Assembly (NCBI GenBank): GCA_003228115.1 | Contig: QEVV01000003.1 | Span: forward strand, 77,466 to 141,465 | Source: Chloroflexota bacterium | GTDB lineage: Bacteria; Chloroflexota; Dehalococcoidia; Lucifugimonadales; SAR202-VII-2 | Reading direction: 5' to 3' | Length of the DNA: 64,000 bases | Part shown: positions 33,227-43,053 of the stretch, in pieces | Layout of the letters: each line of letters opens with the position of its first letter | Numbering within the stretch: position 1 is the first letter of the stretch | Notes under the pieces: model-generated | Databases searched by the model: none | The model's input: only the letters and a program-made list of their open reading frames with translations | Told to the model about the DNA's origin: nothing | Program-made: the position numbers and the translations under genes

Positions 33227-34541
33227 TAAAGTAGAGCTGCACGCTCCCAATGGGGCCATTCCGGTGCTTTTCCACAATGATCTCAGCAACATTGTGCGGG
33301 AAAGGACGGTCAGGGTACCGGCGTGACCATTCCTCTTCAGTGTAGGTCTTGTCCTCCCGATAAATGAAGGCAACCACGTCAGCGTCCTGCTCAATGCTCC
33401 CACTCTCTCTCAGGTCTGATAGCCTGGGGCGACGTCCGTCCCGTTCACGCCGCTCGATCTCACGGCTGAGCTGCGAGACAGCAATGAGGGGAACTTTCAA
33501 GTCACGGGCTATACCCTTCAGGGAACGGGATATTTCCCCCATCTCAAGGACGCGGTTCTCTGACTTGCCACTGCCCCCAGCGGCAAGTTGCATATAGTCC
33601 ATGACCACGAGGTCCAGGCCGCCAACCTCAGCATGGAGACGCCTTATTTTGCTACGAATTTCCACAATATTCGAAAGGGGTGTGTCATCAATCCAGATGG
33701 GGAGGTCAGACAGTGCTCCGACTTTCTCATGGATGCGATGTTCCTCTTCAACCGTAAGGTAGTGGAGCCGCAATCGGTGGCCATCTACTTGGGCCTCAGA
33801 TGACAGAAGTCGCATAGCAAGCTGCTCGCGACCCATTTCCAGACTGAAGATCGCCACCTTGAAGCCTTGCCCTGCGGCATACCTGCTGATATTCAGCGCT
33901 AGGGCGCTCTTTCCCAGACTGGGGCGTGCAGCGAGCACGATCATATCTGACCGCTCAAGTCCGCTGCCGAGAAGATGGTCTAGGTCACTGAAGCCAGTGG
34001 GAACAGGGAGTTCCTGCTGCTCAAGGCTCGTGCTCTGTTCAAGATAGGTATCGAGGACGTCCCGTAGTGGAACGAAATCGCGGCGCTCGCGCCCTGTTCG
34101 AATGCGGAACAGAACCTCTTCCGCCTGCGTCAGGGCATCATCGACATCCGCGGGCCCCTCATAACCGATGTCAGCGATTTCACCGGCAGCGTTGATGAGA
34201 CGCCTCAGGGTTGAGGCGCGAGAAACAATGCGGGCGTAATGCTCTGCGTGAACGGAAGTGGGCACGACGCTAACGAGGTAGCTTAGGTAGGAAGGTCCAC
34301 CAATCTCATCGAGCCTTCCGAGCCGATTGATCTCATGGGCTACGGACAGTTCGTTGATGGCCTCGCTGCGCTCGTAGAGGTTCTGGCAGGCTTCGTAGCA
34401 CCACCGGTTCTTCTCACGGTAGAAATCGTTGGCGCTGAGCACAGGTTGTATACGGAGGATGGTCTCGCCATCGATGAGCAGCGACCCCACCACCGCCTCT
34501 TCCGCTTCCACACTGTGAGGAGGGAGCTTCTCTACGTACAT
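33174..34541 (-). CDS. dnaB: Replicative DNA helicase
   Basis: PHSVEAEEAVVGSLLID N-terminus, Walker A ARPSLGKSALALN, DYMQL and SQLSREIERR motifs. 455 aa, no intein. Confidence 0.95.
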   Translation of the reverse strand: MYVEKLPPHSVEAEEAVVGSLLIDGETILRIQPVLSANDFYREKNRWCYEACQNLYERSEAINELSVAHEINRLGRLDEIGGPSYLSYLVSVVPTSVHAEHYARIVSRASTLRRLINAAGEIADIGYEGPADVDDALTQAEEVLFRIRTGRERRDFVPLRDVLDTYLEQSTSLEQQELPVPTGFSDLDHLLGSGLERSDMIVLAARPSLGKSALALNISRYAAGQGFKVAIFSLEMGREQLAMRLLSSEAQVDGHRLRLHYLTVEEEHRIHEKVGALSDLPIWIDDTPLSNIVEIRSKIRRLHAEVGGLDLVVMDYMQLAAGGSGKSENRVLEMGEISRSLKGIARDLKVPLIAVSQLSREIERRERDGRRPRLSDLRESGSIEQDADVVAFIYREDKTYTEEEWSRRYPDRPFPHNVAEIIVEKHRNGPIGSVQLYFNERLARFENLAKRDPYE

Positions 34542-34638
34542 GGCAATCTCTAGCTTAAGTTCAGACCATTTACTGCCAACGAGTAGCCGCGAGGCCTAGG
34601 CGCAGGAACCGACGAGCGATGCCGACGGAGCGGAACCC

Positions 34639-35319
34639 CTATTCTTTTCCCGTCTCCGCTTCGTCCTCATCGTCAGCTTGAACAGCTTCAGTGGGAGCCT
34701 CATCAACAGCGTCGGCTTCGTCGGCTTCGGAGGAGGCCGTTTCATCAGCCGACTCTGCTTCTATGTCGGCCAATGCGGCCTCTTCTTCCTCCACCTGTGC
34801 AATGGCTTCGTCAATGGTGGGAGACTCTTCGTCGATCGCGGCTGCGGCTTTGGCGGCACCCGGCCCGGCGCCTTCCACAACCACAGTAACTGTGGCAGAC
34901 ATCTGCTGCGGCAGCCGAATCTCAATGTCAAAACTGCCCGGTTCACGAATGGGATCACCAAGGCTAATGGTTCGGCGGTCTATCTCAACGCCCAGCATTT
35001 CAGAAAGTTTATCGGCAATGTGGATGTTCGTTACCGATCCAAAGAGGCGGCCCGACGAACTGGCCCGCATGGAGAATTCAACACGGGTGCCCTCAAGCAA
35101 CTCCGCCAGGCTCTGCATGTCCTGCTGTTCACGAACGCGACGCCCTTCGGCTGCTTTGCGAATTTTTTCTATGCGCTGGAGCTGGTCGTTCGTAGCGGGA
35201 ACAGCCATGCTCCGCGGCAAAAGGTAGTTGCGAGCGTAACCATTTGCTACCTCACGGACCTCTCCGGCTCTGCCGTGACGGCCCACATCTTCCAGAAACA
35301 GTACCTTGGTCTTACCCAT
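34639..35319 (-). CDS. rplI: 50S ribosomal protein L9 with about 78-aa acidic C-terminal extension
   Basis: MGKTKVLFLEDVGRHGRAGEVREVANGYARNYLLPRSMAV is a canonical L9 N-terminus. The start is moved 6 codons inside the ORF-track start. The tail is rich in E/D/A. Confidence 0.9.
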   Translation of the reverse strand: MGKTKVLFLEDVGRHGRAGEVREVANGYARNYLLPRSMAVPATNDQLQRIEKIRKAAEGRRVREQQDMQSLAELLEGTRVEFSMRASSSGRLFGSVTNIHIADKLSEMLGVEIDRRTISLGDPIREPGSFDIEIRLPQQMSATVTVVVEGAGPGAAKAAAAIDEESPTIDEAIAQVEEEEAALADIEAESADETASSEADEADAVDEAPTEAVQADDEDEAETGKE

Positions 35320-35536
35320 TACAACGCTCCGTGACACTGGGGAAAGTAGAATCAGAACAACGCTTTCGGAACACAGTCCTCCGCAAATGATACCTCACTG
35401 AAGGCTCGCGAGCGAATTTCTTCTTGGCCTCATTTCGCCCAGTTTCGCGTCCGGCATTGGGAGACCTCGCAAATAGAGTCAGCCGCCCTCCGGCCGTTGC
35501 ATTCGTCAGCTTCCCGGCGATCATCGTACCGGGGGG

Positions 35537-37753
35537 TTACGCCTGGCCTGACAAGGCCTGCTCCAGACCGCCGTTCCAGGCATCAGCAATATCTGACAAA
35601 GAGACATCAATCCATGTTCCAATGGTGAATCCGCTTCCGCCAACGACCCCAAGGTTGGTCAGGGGGACGCCAAGTCTCGCAGCCAACGCTTGCAACTGAG
35701 GCACCGCAGTGGCGGCAAGCGAAACGATAATCCTGGACGTGGCCTCCCCAAAGAAGGCTGCGTCCCACCTTCCCTCTAAGGGAAACCCACCGCCGAACCC
35801 TTGGCCTCCCTGAATCGCACTCTCGGCGATGGCAACGGCAAGGCCTCCGTCTGAGCAATCATGCGCTGAAGACAGCAATCGCTGTGCGACTGATTGTTGA
35901 ACGCACTGCTGAAGGCGAGCTTCCAGATCAAGGTCGATGGCCGGAACACCCGCGACGACGCCATGAACCAATTCCAAGTACTCACTCCCACCGAGCGTCG
36001 CCTCATCTCCCGTTACAGAGCCGGCCCCAAGGAGTAGCACGATATCACCCTCGTTCTGGAAGGCAGATGACACTTGGAGGGAGGCATCGTCAAGCACCCC
36101 CACCGCTCCCACCACCGGAGTTGGGAAGATGGCCTGACCATCGGCCTCGTTGTAGAGGCTAACGTTGCCGCTCACCACCGGAACGCCCAGGGCGCGGCAG
36201 GCGTCTGCCATGCCCGTGATTGCCTGCTCAAGCTGAAAGTATATCTGCGGGTCCTCCGGATTCCCGAAGTTGAGGCAGTCAGTGATCGCTAAGGGCCGGG
36301 CGCCAACGCAGCTGACGTTCCGGCAAGCCTCAGCTACGGCTATCGCTCCGCCCTGGTAGGGGTCCAAGTAGGTGTAGCGCCCGTTCCCATCCGTAGAGAG
36401 AGCAATTGCCTTGTTGGTCTGACGAAGCCTGAGCACCGCGGCGTCTCCACCTGGGCCCTGCACAGTATTGGTCTGAACCTGATGATCGTATTGCCTAAAG
36501 ACCGGCCGCTTGCTGGCGATGTTCGGCGAGGCGAGGAGTCGCAGGAGAATCTCTCCCGGCTTGTCCTCAGGTAGAGCCAATGTCGCAAGGTCGAAGCTAC
36601 GAGTCTCGCTGTAATGGTCCGGAACCACGCCTTCCAATGTGTATAGAGGAGGGCTTGTTAGGGGAGAGACCGGCAGGTCTGCAACGGGCTGACCTTCGTC
36701 CTGAATACGAATCCTCCCGTCATCGGTGACGCGCCCAATAAGGGTAAAGGGCAGGTCCCACTTCTCTAAGATCGTGGTAACCGTGGCCTCTTGCCCGGCT
36801 TCAACGAAAAGCAGCATCCGCTCCTGCGATTCGGACAACATGACCTCATAGGGAGTCATGCCTTCCTCGCGGCGGAGCACCTGCCCCAGATCCACCTCCG
36901 CCCCACCCGCACCCTTGTCTGCGCTCTCTACAACGGAGCTAGTGAGACCAGCGGCTCCCAAGTCTTGCATGCCTACCAATGCGCCGCTGGCGGCAACCTC
37001 CAAGCATGCCTCGATGAGCACCTTTTCCAGGAAGGGGTTGCCCACCTGAACTGCTGACCTAAGCTCCCGCTCTTGCTCCAGCACCCTGGACGCCAGGCCG
37101 GAAGCACCATGGATGCCGTCACGCCCGGTATCGGCGCCCACGAGAAAGATCGGGTTACCTGGCCCAGTTGCCCCGGCGAACACCAGTTCATCACGCCGCG
37201 CCAAGCCCACACACATTGCGTTTACCAGAGGGTTCCCGGAGTAGGAGGGAGAGAAAAAGATCTCACCTCCAACATCTGGCACCCCAATGCAGTTGCCGTA
37301 CCAGGAGATCCCTCCGACAACGCCCTGGAAGAGCGCCCGGTCACGCTCACCGGTCAGAGGACCAAAGCGCAGTGAGTTCAACAAGGCCACTGGCCTAGCG
37401 CCCATAGCCAGAATGTCTCTAACTATGCCGCCAACTCCGGTTGCTGCACCTTGGAATGGCTCCACAGCAGATGGATGGTTATGGGACTCGATCTTGAAGA
37501 CAAGACAAAGATCATCGTCCAGCTCCAAGACGCCAGCATTTTCCTGGCCCGGCGGCACAAGGAGGTACGGACTATCTGAAGGAAAGTTCCTAAGCAATGG
37601 CTTGGAGTGCTTGTAGCCGCAGTGTTCACTCCACAACGACCCAAACATGCCCAACTCCAATAGGTTGGGCTCCCTTCCCAGCCGTTCAACTATGACCCCA
37701 TACTCTTCTTCTGACAGGGCCAAGTCATCCAGTGTTTCCCTAAGGGACGCCAT
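35537..37753 (-). CDS. purL: Phosphoribosylformylglycinamidine synthase subunit PurL
   Basis: LGREPNLLELGMFGSLWSEHCGYKHSK, ESHNHPSAVEPFQGAATGVGGIVRD and other typical motifs. Start at MASLRETL (GGGAGAG Shine-Dalgarno). The ORF track uses an upstream TTG at 37792. Confidence 0.95.
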   Translation of the reverse strand: MASLRETLDDLALSEEEYGVIVERLGREPNLLELGMFGSLWSEHCGYKHSKPLLRNFPSDSPYLLVPPGQENAGVLELDDDLCLVFKIESHNHPSAVEPFQGAATGVGGIVRDILAMGARPVALLNSLRFGPLTGERDRALFQGVVGGISWYGNCIGVPDVGGEIFFSPSYSGNPLVNAMCVGLARRDELVFAGATGPGNPIFLVGADTGRDGIHGASGLASRVLEQERELRSAVQVGNPFLEKVLIEACLEVAASGALVGMQDLGAAGLTSSVVESADKGAGGAEVDLGQVLRREEGMTPYEVMLSESQERMLLFVEAGQEATVTTILEKWDLPFTLIGRVTDDGRIRIQDEGQPVADLPVSPLTSPPLYTLEGVVPDHYSETRSFDLATLALPEDKPGEILLRLLASPNIASKRPVFRQYDHQVQTNTVQGPGGDAAVLRLRQTNKAIALSTDGNGRYTYLDPYQGGAIAVAEACRNVSCVGARPLAITDCLNFGNPEDPQIYFQLEQAITGMADACRALGVPVVSGNVSLYNEADGQAIFPTPVVGAVGVLDDASLQVSSAFQNEGDIVLLLGAGSVTGDEATLGGSEYLELVHGVVAGVPAIDLDLEARLQQCVQQSVAQRLLSSAHDCSDGGLAVAIAESAIQGGQGFGGGFPLEGRWDAAFFGEATSRIIVSLAATAVPQLQALAARLGVPLTNLGVVGGSGFTIGTWIDVSLSDIADAWNGGLEQALSGQA

Positions 37754-38038
37754 ATCTCTCCCGGTTTTGGTGCCAACCAGCACTTCATTCAAATGAGCAA
37801 TGGCAATGATAACCTATGGCCCCCGAGCCGAATCAATGCCGCAACCAAATGCAACCGAGCCTGGGCCGACGGCCGCAACTACCAGAGTCCGCAGACCATG
37901 CCACGCTCGACGCAAGCAGTGTTGACACGAACCCTCAAGAAATCCACCTTCTTACAGGCTAGCAGCCTTTGCTGAAGGCAGATTCCCTCGCGAAGCTAAT
38001 CCTCTCAGACAAAGGCACGATTTCCTATAGCTGAGGGC

Positions 38039-38067
38039 TTGACACAGAACACCGGTCTGCATATGCT
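38039..38067 (+). promoter_or_regulatory. Candidate promoter TTGACA-17-TATGCT for the collagen-like gene
   Basis: Exact 17-nt spacer, about 100 nt upstream of ATG 38170, which itself has an AAGGAGGG Shine-Dalgarno. Confidence 0.45.
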
Positions 38068-38169
38068 TAGGCAGGTGCTTTGCTAGCATCCGTCGTTGGG
38101 GTGCGCTCCGATGGCTGAAAACCGGCAACGACCCATTCAGTATTCTTGGTCTTATAGTAAGGAGGGCCG

Positions 38170-38727
38170 ATGAGGCAATTTCTACGTGCGAGATTCTTGG
38201 CTCTTGTCGTCATCCTTTCGGTCGTTGCGCTAGTCGCATCGGCGTGTGCAGGGGACGCCGGCTCAACTGGGGCGACTGGCGCCACTGGTGCTGACGGTGA
38301 GCGCGGTTCGGTTGGTCCCCAAGGTGTGGCTGGCCCGTCCGGTTCCCAGGGTACTCCCGGAGTTAGAGGCGCTAACGGCGCCGCTGGTTCTGCTGGTTCT
38401 GCTGGTGTTGATGGCAAGACGATTGCTTCGCCTGCCACCGTCATTGGAGGCAGCACCCTGTTCGACTTCCCATTCGGGGTCGCAGTTTCCGGCGACACGC
38501 TCCAGGTGTGGGGCTCCGGCTTCAACGCTGGTGAGAGTGTCCTGATCAAGGTTGGAGACGCTTCCATACCCGGTGGCTCGGCTGAGGCTAACAGCAGCGG
38601 CGCATTTGCAGTCATGACTGGCGCTCTGCCTGGTAGCATTCTGCCAGGCGTTTACTCCCTCTGGGCAGTAGGTGACGAAGGGACAATGGTCTCCTACCCA
38701 CTCAAGGTCGTAGACAAGATTAAGTAG
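38170..38727 (+). CDS. Collagen-like (G-X-Y repeat) putative lipoprotein with C-terminal beta-rich domain
   Basis: Signal peptide ...LVASAC, then 19 uninterrupted G-X-Y triplets (GDAGSTGATGATGADGERGSVGPQGVAGPSGSQGTPGVRGANGAAGSAGSAGVDGKT), then a roughly 100-aa Ig-like-looking domain. Strong Shine-Dalgarno and terminator. Confidence 0.8.
   Translation: MRQFLRARFLALVVILSVVALVASACAGDAGSTGATGATGADGERGSVGPQGVAGPSGSQGTPGVRGANGAAGSAGSAGVDGKTIASPATVIGGSTLFDFPFGVAVSGDTLQVWGSGFNAGESVLIKVGDASIPGGSAEANSSGAFAVMTGALPGSILPGVYSLWAVGDEGTMVSYPLKVVDKIK
38251..38421 (+). repeat. Coding G-X-Y (collagen triple-helix type) repeat, 19 triplets
   Basis: Gly at every third residue across 57 aa. The local 9-nt DNA repeats GCTGGTTCT GCTGGTTCT GCTGGTGTT are also visible. 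Confidence 0.9.
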
Positions 38728-38754
38728 CTTACCGGCTACTGATACGAAAAGGTA

Positions 38755-38797
38755 AAAGAGCGCCCAATCCTCAGGGATTGGGCGCTCTTTCTTTTGC
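38755..38797 (+). terminator. Intrinsic terminator after the collagen-like gene
   Basis: AAAGAGCGCCCAATCC-TCAG-GGATTGGGCGCTCTTT 16-bp perfect stem followed by CTTTTG. Confidence 0.85.
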
Positions 38798-39274
38798 TTA
38801 GGGCCCGCCAGAGCGAGGCTTTAGTTTGACCCTCTAAGATGGATCGGATCCCATTGGGATTCCCACCTCATCGTTCAAGATGGAGGTCCGGGGGCAGGCA
38901 CTTCAAGGACTGCGTCATTCAGGCACGGATGGGACGCTCCACGCTCAGCGCCTCAAAGGCGAAGGCCCACCTCTTTCCCCCGGCGGGCAGCATTGACCCT
39001 GTTGGTGCGGAAACATGAGAGCCATGACTGCGAGGACCCCAACAAGCCATCCTTCGTTCCCCCTGGAACTCTGGGCGAAGGAGTTGGACTCTCTCTTAGC
39101 GAGACTGCCGACGCTACACCAATACTTCTCAACCGTGGGAAGGGCGCGTTCGTGTTAGCTTTGGGCTCCCTTCAGGTACGGAAAGAAAGGCCCGCCACAT
39201 AGTGGCCAGGGTCAAAGCAAGCATTTGGGAAGACAAAGGGACAGTGGAGAGCCAAGAGAGCGGAACTACTTTGG

Positions 39275-40504
39275 TTACGGTTCCACAACCCTGGCCACAT
39301 GAAGCTTCTTGATCCGGCGTCCTCTGGTAGCCAGTACCTTGATACGCAGGCCGTTGTACTCCAGAACGTCGTCCGGGTCGGGTATCTTGCCAAGCTCAGT
39401 GAGGACAAGGCCGCCAACAGTGTCGAAGCCCTCCCCCTGAACGTCCATATGAAAGCGCTGGTTTAGTTGATCAAGGGAGGCCCGAGCGTCCATTACAGCC
39501 TCGCCCTCCGCCACCTCTTCAATCTCGGGTTCCTCAGTATCGAACTCGTCGCTTATCTCTCCTACGATCTCTTCTAGAAGGTCTTCAATGGTCACGAGGC
39601 CCGCTGTTCCTCCGTACTCGTCCACAACGACCGCAATGTGTACCCTGCGATCCTGAAACTCGTCCAGCAACTGATCCAAGGCCTTAGACTCTGGAATGAA
39701 CAGGGGCTGGCGCAGCAAAGTCGCCAGTGGAGGTGGCTGAGAATTCCTTACATAGGGAAGAAGGTCCCTTGCATGCAGCACACCGACTACATTATCAATC
39801 TGGCCTTCAAAAATGGGGATACGGCTGTGGCCGTGCTCTAGCATCAGGTCAACGATGTCAAGAACCGGGTCATTCATCTCAGCGGCGATGACATCGACCC
39901 TTGGAGTCATGATCTCCCGCGCCACCACCTCATCCATGCGCAGGATCCCGCGGATCATCCTCAGTTCCTCCGCGTCAACGCGCTGATCTTCGTCGTCTCC
40001 CCCACCATTGCCTTGAGCGCTGTTCCCGTGAAGCTCAGCCCACAGTTCAGACTCGTCCCGATGCTCCGCAGGGCCAAGACGACGCTGGACCTTTGCCAAG
40101 GGCGCTACCACCCTGTCCAAGGCTTCGATCAAGAATGCGGCAAGTGGCAGGAAACGGCCGCTCCAGGGTTGTGAAATGCGCTTGAGGAGTCTGTCCGCAA
40201 TGGCGAGGAAGAAAGCCAGTCCCAAAAGTAGCGCTCCGGCCAGTGGCCAACTGCGCGGGTCTAAGGCCAAGAAAGCAAACCCAGCCGCCACGCCCGGGAT
40301 AAACCTGAGGACGAGTTGCGCGGCTTTGCGCTGCCTAAGCTTGGGGTAGCGTTCCGATATAGCCCCTGAGTCATGGGCACCAACGTTCGGAGCGGGAGAC
40401 TCGCGGCGGCCCGAGGTGACGGCCGCGGCCATAATCGAGGCGACGGTGAAGGCCCCCAACGAGAGGGCCAAGGCTAACCAACCAGTTATATTGCCAGTAT
40501 CCAA
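39275..40504 (-). CDS. HlyC/CorC-family transporter (DUF21 membrane domain + CBS pair + CorC_HlyC domain)
   Basis: N-terminal TM helices. CBS region [12 protein letters not shown]...[12 protein letters not shown]...[12 protein letters not shown]-terminal transporter-associated domain. TTG start. Confidence 0.85.
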   Translation of the reverse strand: MDTGNITGWLALALSLGAFTVASIMAAAVTSGRRESPAPNVGAHDSGAISERYPKLRQRKAAQLVLRFIPGVAAGFAFLALDPRSWPLAGALLLGLAFFLAIADRLLKRISQPWSGRFLPLAAFLIEALDRVVAPLAKVQRRLGPAEHRDESELWAELHGNSAQGNGGGDDEDQRVDAEELRMIRGILRMDEVVAREIMTPRVDVIAAEMNDPVLDIVDLMLEHGHSRIPIFEGQIDNVVGVLHARDLLPYVRNSQPPPLATLLRQPLFIPESKALDQLLDEFQDRRVHIAVVVDEYGGTAGLVTIEDLLEEIVGEISDEFDTEEPEIEEVAEGEAVMDARASLDQLNQRFHMDVQGEGFDTVGGLVLTELGKIPDPDDVLEYNGLRIKVLATRGRRIKKLHVARVVEP

Positions 40505-40518
40505 GCGGTTCTAGGCTC

Positions 40519-41943
40519 CTATGGGCCCAGCGGCCCTGTCAGATTGGTAGTGGAGGGTTCAAGTTCGTGAGAGTCAGGGGGCAGAGTCCGCCGCCTAACC
40601 CTGGCGGGTATACCTACAGCCAAGCTATCGGCAGGGACATCGTGGTTGACCACGGCGCCTGCACCAGTAACAGACCTAGCGCCTATCCGCACCGGGGCCA
40701 CGAGCAAGGTATCGCTGCCGATAAATGCGCCTTCTTCAACGATCGTTTTGTTCTTGCGCACGCCATCAAAGTTGCAGGTGATAGTACCTGCGCCAATATT
40801 CACTCTCTCTCCAATGTCCGCATCGCCTACGTAGCTAAAGTGGCCAATCTTAGCGCCCCGCTGGAGCCGCGATGCTTTGACCTCGGCTGAGGTCCCGATG
40901 TGCACCCCTTGCTCTAGGTAGGCCCCCTCCCGCAACCGGCAGAAGTGCCCAACGTCGACATCGTCCTCAAGCGTTGCGCCTTCAATCACAGAAGCACCTA
41001 TGGAGCAACGATTGCCTACTACGGAATCGCCAATAATAGCATTGGGCCCTATTTCGCATTCCTCCCCGATGGTCGTGTTGCCGCGGAGCATTGTATTCGG
41101 CTGAATGACGGTGTCTCTGCCCAACGTTACGCCAGTATCAATGTAGCTGGTTGCAGGATCAACAAGTGTTACGCCTGCTTTTAGCCAGCGTGCGTTGATG
41201 CGTTGGCGAAGAGCAGCTTCAGCTCTGGCGAGGTGCGCCCGGGTATTGATGCCAAGGGCCTCAAGAGGGTCTTCAACCCACGTCCTCTCAACCTGCAGCC
41301 CTGCGTTGCTCGCCTTTTCGACAACCGCCGTGAGGTAGAGTTCGCCGCTGGGAGACAGCGCCAGGTCTTGGAGTGCATCCCATAGCCAAGAGCAGCGGAA
41401 GGCATAGATACCTACGTTGACTGCCAGCCCCTGTGCATCTGCATCTTGCAGGTCGGCTGCTTCAGCCACAGCCACAACGCTGCCGTCACGTTCCACGATC
41501 CGCCCCATGCCTTCTTCAGGAGCTTCCTCGGCAGCCACCAAGGACAAGCTGCTGCCCGTCCTTTCATGGGCTTCCACAAGTCTGTGGATGGTGTTGGAAA
41601 GGATCAGTGGGTGGTCGCCGTTGAGAACAAGGAGGTTCTCGGAATCGCCCACGACTTTGCGGGCGGCAGCAAGGGCGTCTCCGGTTCCCCCAGGCTTCTC
41701 TTGGACAGCGTACTCGACCTGGTCTCCGAAGGCATGACGAAACGCTTCGTGCTGGGAAGGGACGACAAGAACGATGGGGGAAACGCCAATTTCTTGAAGG
41801 GATTGCACAACCCAAGCAGCCATCTCCAGACCGCATAGGCGGTGGAGAACCTTAGGCGTACTGGAATTCATGCGCACGCCCCTGCCCGCCGCCATGACCA
41901 CGGCCGACCAGCCCCTACGTGGAGGCGTCGACTCGTCTGTCAT
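40519..41943 (-). CDS. glmU: Bifunctional UDP-N-acetylglucosamine diphosphorylase / glucosamine-1-phosphate N-acetyltransferase
   Basis: VVMAAGRGVRMNSSTPKVLH nucleotidyltransferase motif and C-terminal left-handed beta-helix hexapeptide repeats. 474 aa. Confidence 0.95.
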   Translation of the reverse strand: MTDESTPPRRGWSAVVMAAGRGVRMNSSTPKVLHRLCGLEMAAWVVQSLQEIGVSPIVLVVPSQHEAFRHAFGDQVEYAVQEKPGGTGDALAAARKVVGDSENLLVLNGDHPLILSNTIHRLVEAHERTGSSLSLVAAEEAPEEGMGRIVERDGSVVAVAEAADLQDADAQGLAVNVGIYAFRCSWLWDALQDLALSPSGELYLTAVVEKASNAGLQVERTWVEDPLEALGINTRAHLARAEAALRQRINARWLKAGVTLVDPATSYIDTGVTLGRDTVIQPNTMLRGNTTIGEECEIGPNAIIGDSVVGNRCSIGASVIEGATLEDDVDVGHFCRLREGAYLEQGVHIGTSAEVKASRLQRGAKIGHFSYVGDADIGERVNIGAGTITCNFDGVRKNKTIVEEGAFIGSDTLLVAPVRIGARSVTGAGAVVNHDVPADSLAVGIPARVRRRTLPPDSHELEPSTTNLTGPLGP

Positions 41944-42109
41944 AACGAAGCCTGGGGACTGCTATCTGGGGGTTGTTCCATACTCACGGGAAAGCGAGCG
42001 CCCTATCTGGACGCTACGATCATCGTATAGGCCGCTCGGAAAGGGTGTCAAGATGCAAAGCAAGAGAGACAGCAGGCTTCCATGAGAAGTGTTTTCATTC
42101 AGGTCGTCC

Positions 42110-43009
42110 TCAGCGGAGTTCCTTGGGCAATGTGAACTTGACGTCCTCCTGAGGACCGGGAAGCACGACCACCCGGGCAGGCTTCAGTGCTTGTATCACC
42201 CTCTCCTCCAGGATTTCAGGTGTTGATGCTCCCGATGTGATGCCCACCCGCTCTATGCCTTCCAGCCACTGTGGGTCCAATTCTTCAGGGCCGTTGATCA
42301 TATACGCTGGAAGGCCATAGCCCTCAGCCACCTCGCGAAGGCGATTGCAATTGGAACTGCTACGCGAGCCTATAACCAAAACCATATCGACGTGCTTGGC
42401 GAGCTGCTTAACTGCAGCCTGCCTATTCGTCGTGGCGTAACAGAGGTCGTTGCGAATGATGGCGTTTGGGAACCTCTCGCTGATGGCCTCTGACGCCTTT
42501 TGGGTATCATCAACTGAAAGGGTCGTTTGCGTGAGCACCGCCACCGGTGTTTCGTCTTTCCAGTCCGGCAACTCAAATTCTTCACGATCGTCAACCAACG
42601 CCATTGGAGCCTGGCCCATTGTGCCACGGACCTCGGCGTGATCCCTGTGGCCTACCAAGATCACCTTCCTACCTTGTTCGGAGTACTTCTTAGCCTCGTT
42701 GTGAACCTTGGTTACCAAGGGACATGTGGCATCAATAACGCGGAGACCACGTTCCTTGGCCTTGGCATAGTCCTCCGGAGGCGACCCATGCGCCGAGAAG
42801 ACCACGACGGAGTCCCGCGGGACATCATCAAGGTCCTCCACAGTAACAGCGCCCTTATCTTCTAGGGACCGCACGACGTATGGATTATGCACAATCTGAT
42901 GCCTTACATACACGGGAGCCCCTGCCTGCTTAAGCACCAACTCCACAACGTCGACGGCGCGAACCACTCCAGCGCAGAATCCTCTGGGGGAGGCGAGGTA
43001 AACCTCCAT
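42110..43009 (-). CDS. ispH: 4-hydroxy-3-methylbut-2-enyl diphosphate reductase
   Basis: GFCAGVVRAV, IVHN, SAHG, DATCPLVTKVH and SSNCNRL motifs. 299 aa. Confidence 0.95.
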   Translation of the reverse strand: MEVYLASPRGFCAGVVRAVDVVELVLKQAGAPVYVRHQIVHNPYVVRSLEDKGAVTVEDLDDVPRDSVVVFSAHGSPPEDYAKAKERGLRVIDATCPLVTKVHNEAKKYSEQGRKVILVGHRDHAEVRGTMGQAPMALVDDREEFELPDWKDETPVAVLTQTTLSVDDTQKASEAISERFPNAIIRNDLCYATTNRQAAVKQLAKHVDMVLVIGSRSSSNCNRLREVAEGYGLPAYMINGPEELDPQWLEGIERVGITSGASTPEILEERVIQALKPARVVVLPGPQEDVKFTLPKELR

Positions 43010-43053
43010 ATGATCTCCTTTACCGGCAATTCACCACCGTTGCCTTGGTTCGA

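Noticed and set aside
34678-35334. 218-aa ORF on the plus strand (and 34691-35227), antisense to rplI
   Set aside because: The minus strand encodes an unmistakable L9. The antisense frames are low-complexity mirror translations with no family resemblance.
38251-38421. Short tandem DNA repeats as a possible CRISPR or VNTR locus
   Set aside because: The periodicity is 9 nt, in-frame, and codes G-X-Y. There is no repeat-spacer organisation and there are no cas genes in the window.
38067-38639. 190-aa Pro/Ala-rich ORF antisense to the collagen-like gene
   Set aside because: It is the mirror image of the GGN-rich G-X-Y repeat. It has no Shine-Dalgarno or signal sequence, whereas the plus-strand gene has a promoter, a Shine-Dalgarno, a signal peptide and a terminator.
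38860-39060. Possible RNase P RNA (GGAGGTCCGGGGGC resembles the GGAAAGTCCGGGC P4 region; GGTGCGGAAACATGAGAGC resembles the J11/12 area)
   Set aside because: The exact universally conserved blocks (GGAAAGUCCGG, ACAGAACCCGGCUUA) are absent on both strands. The overall architecture cannot be drawn.
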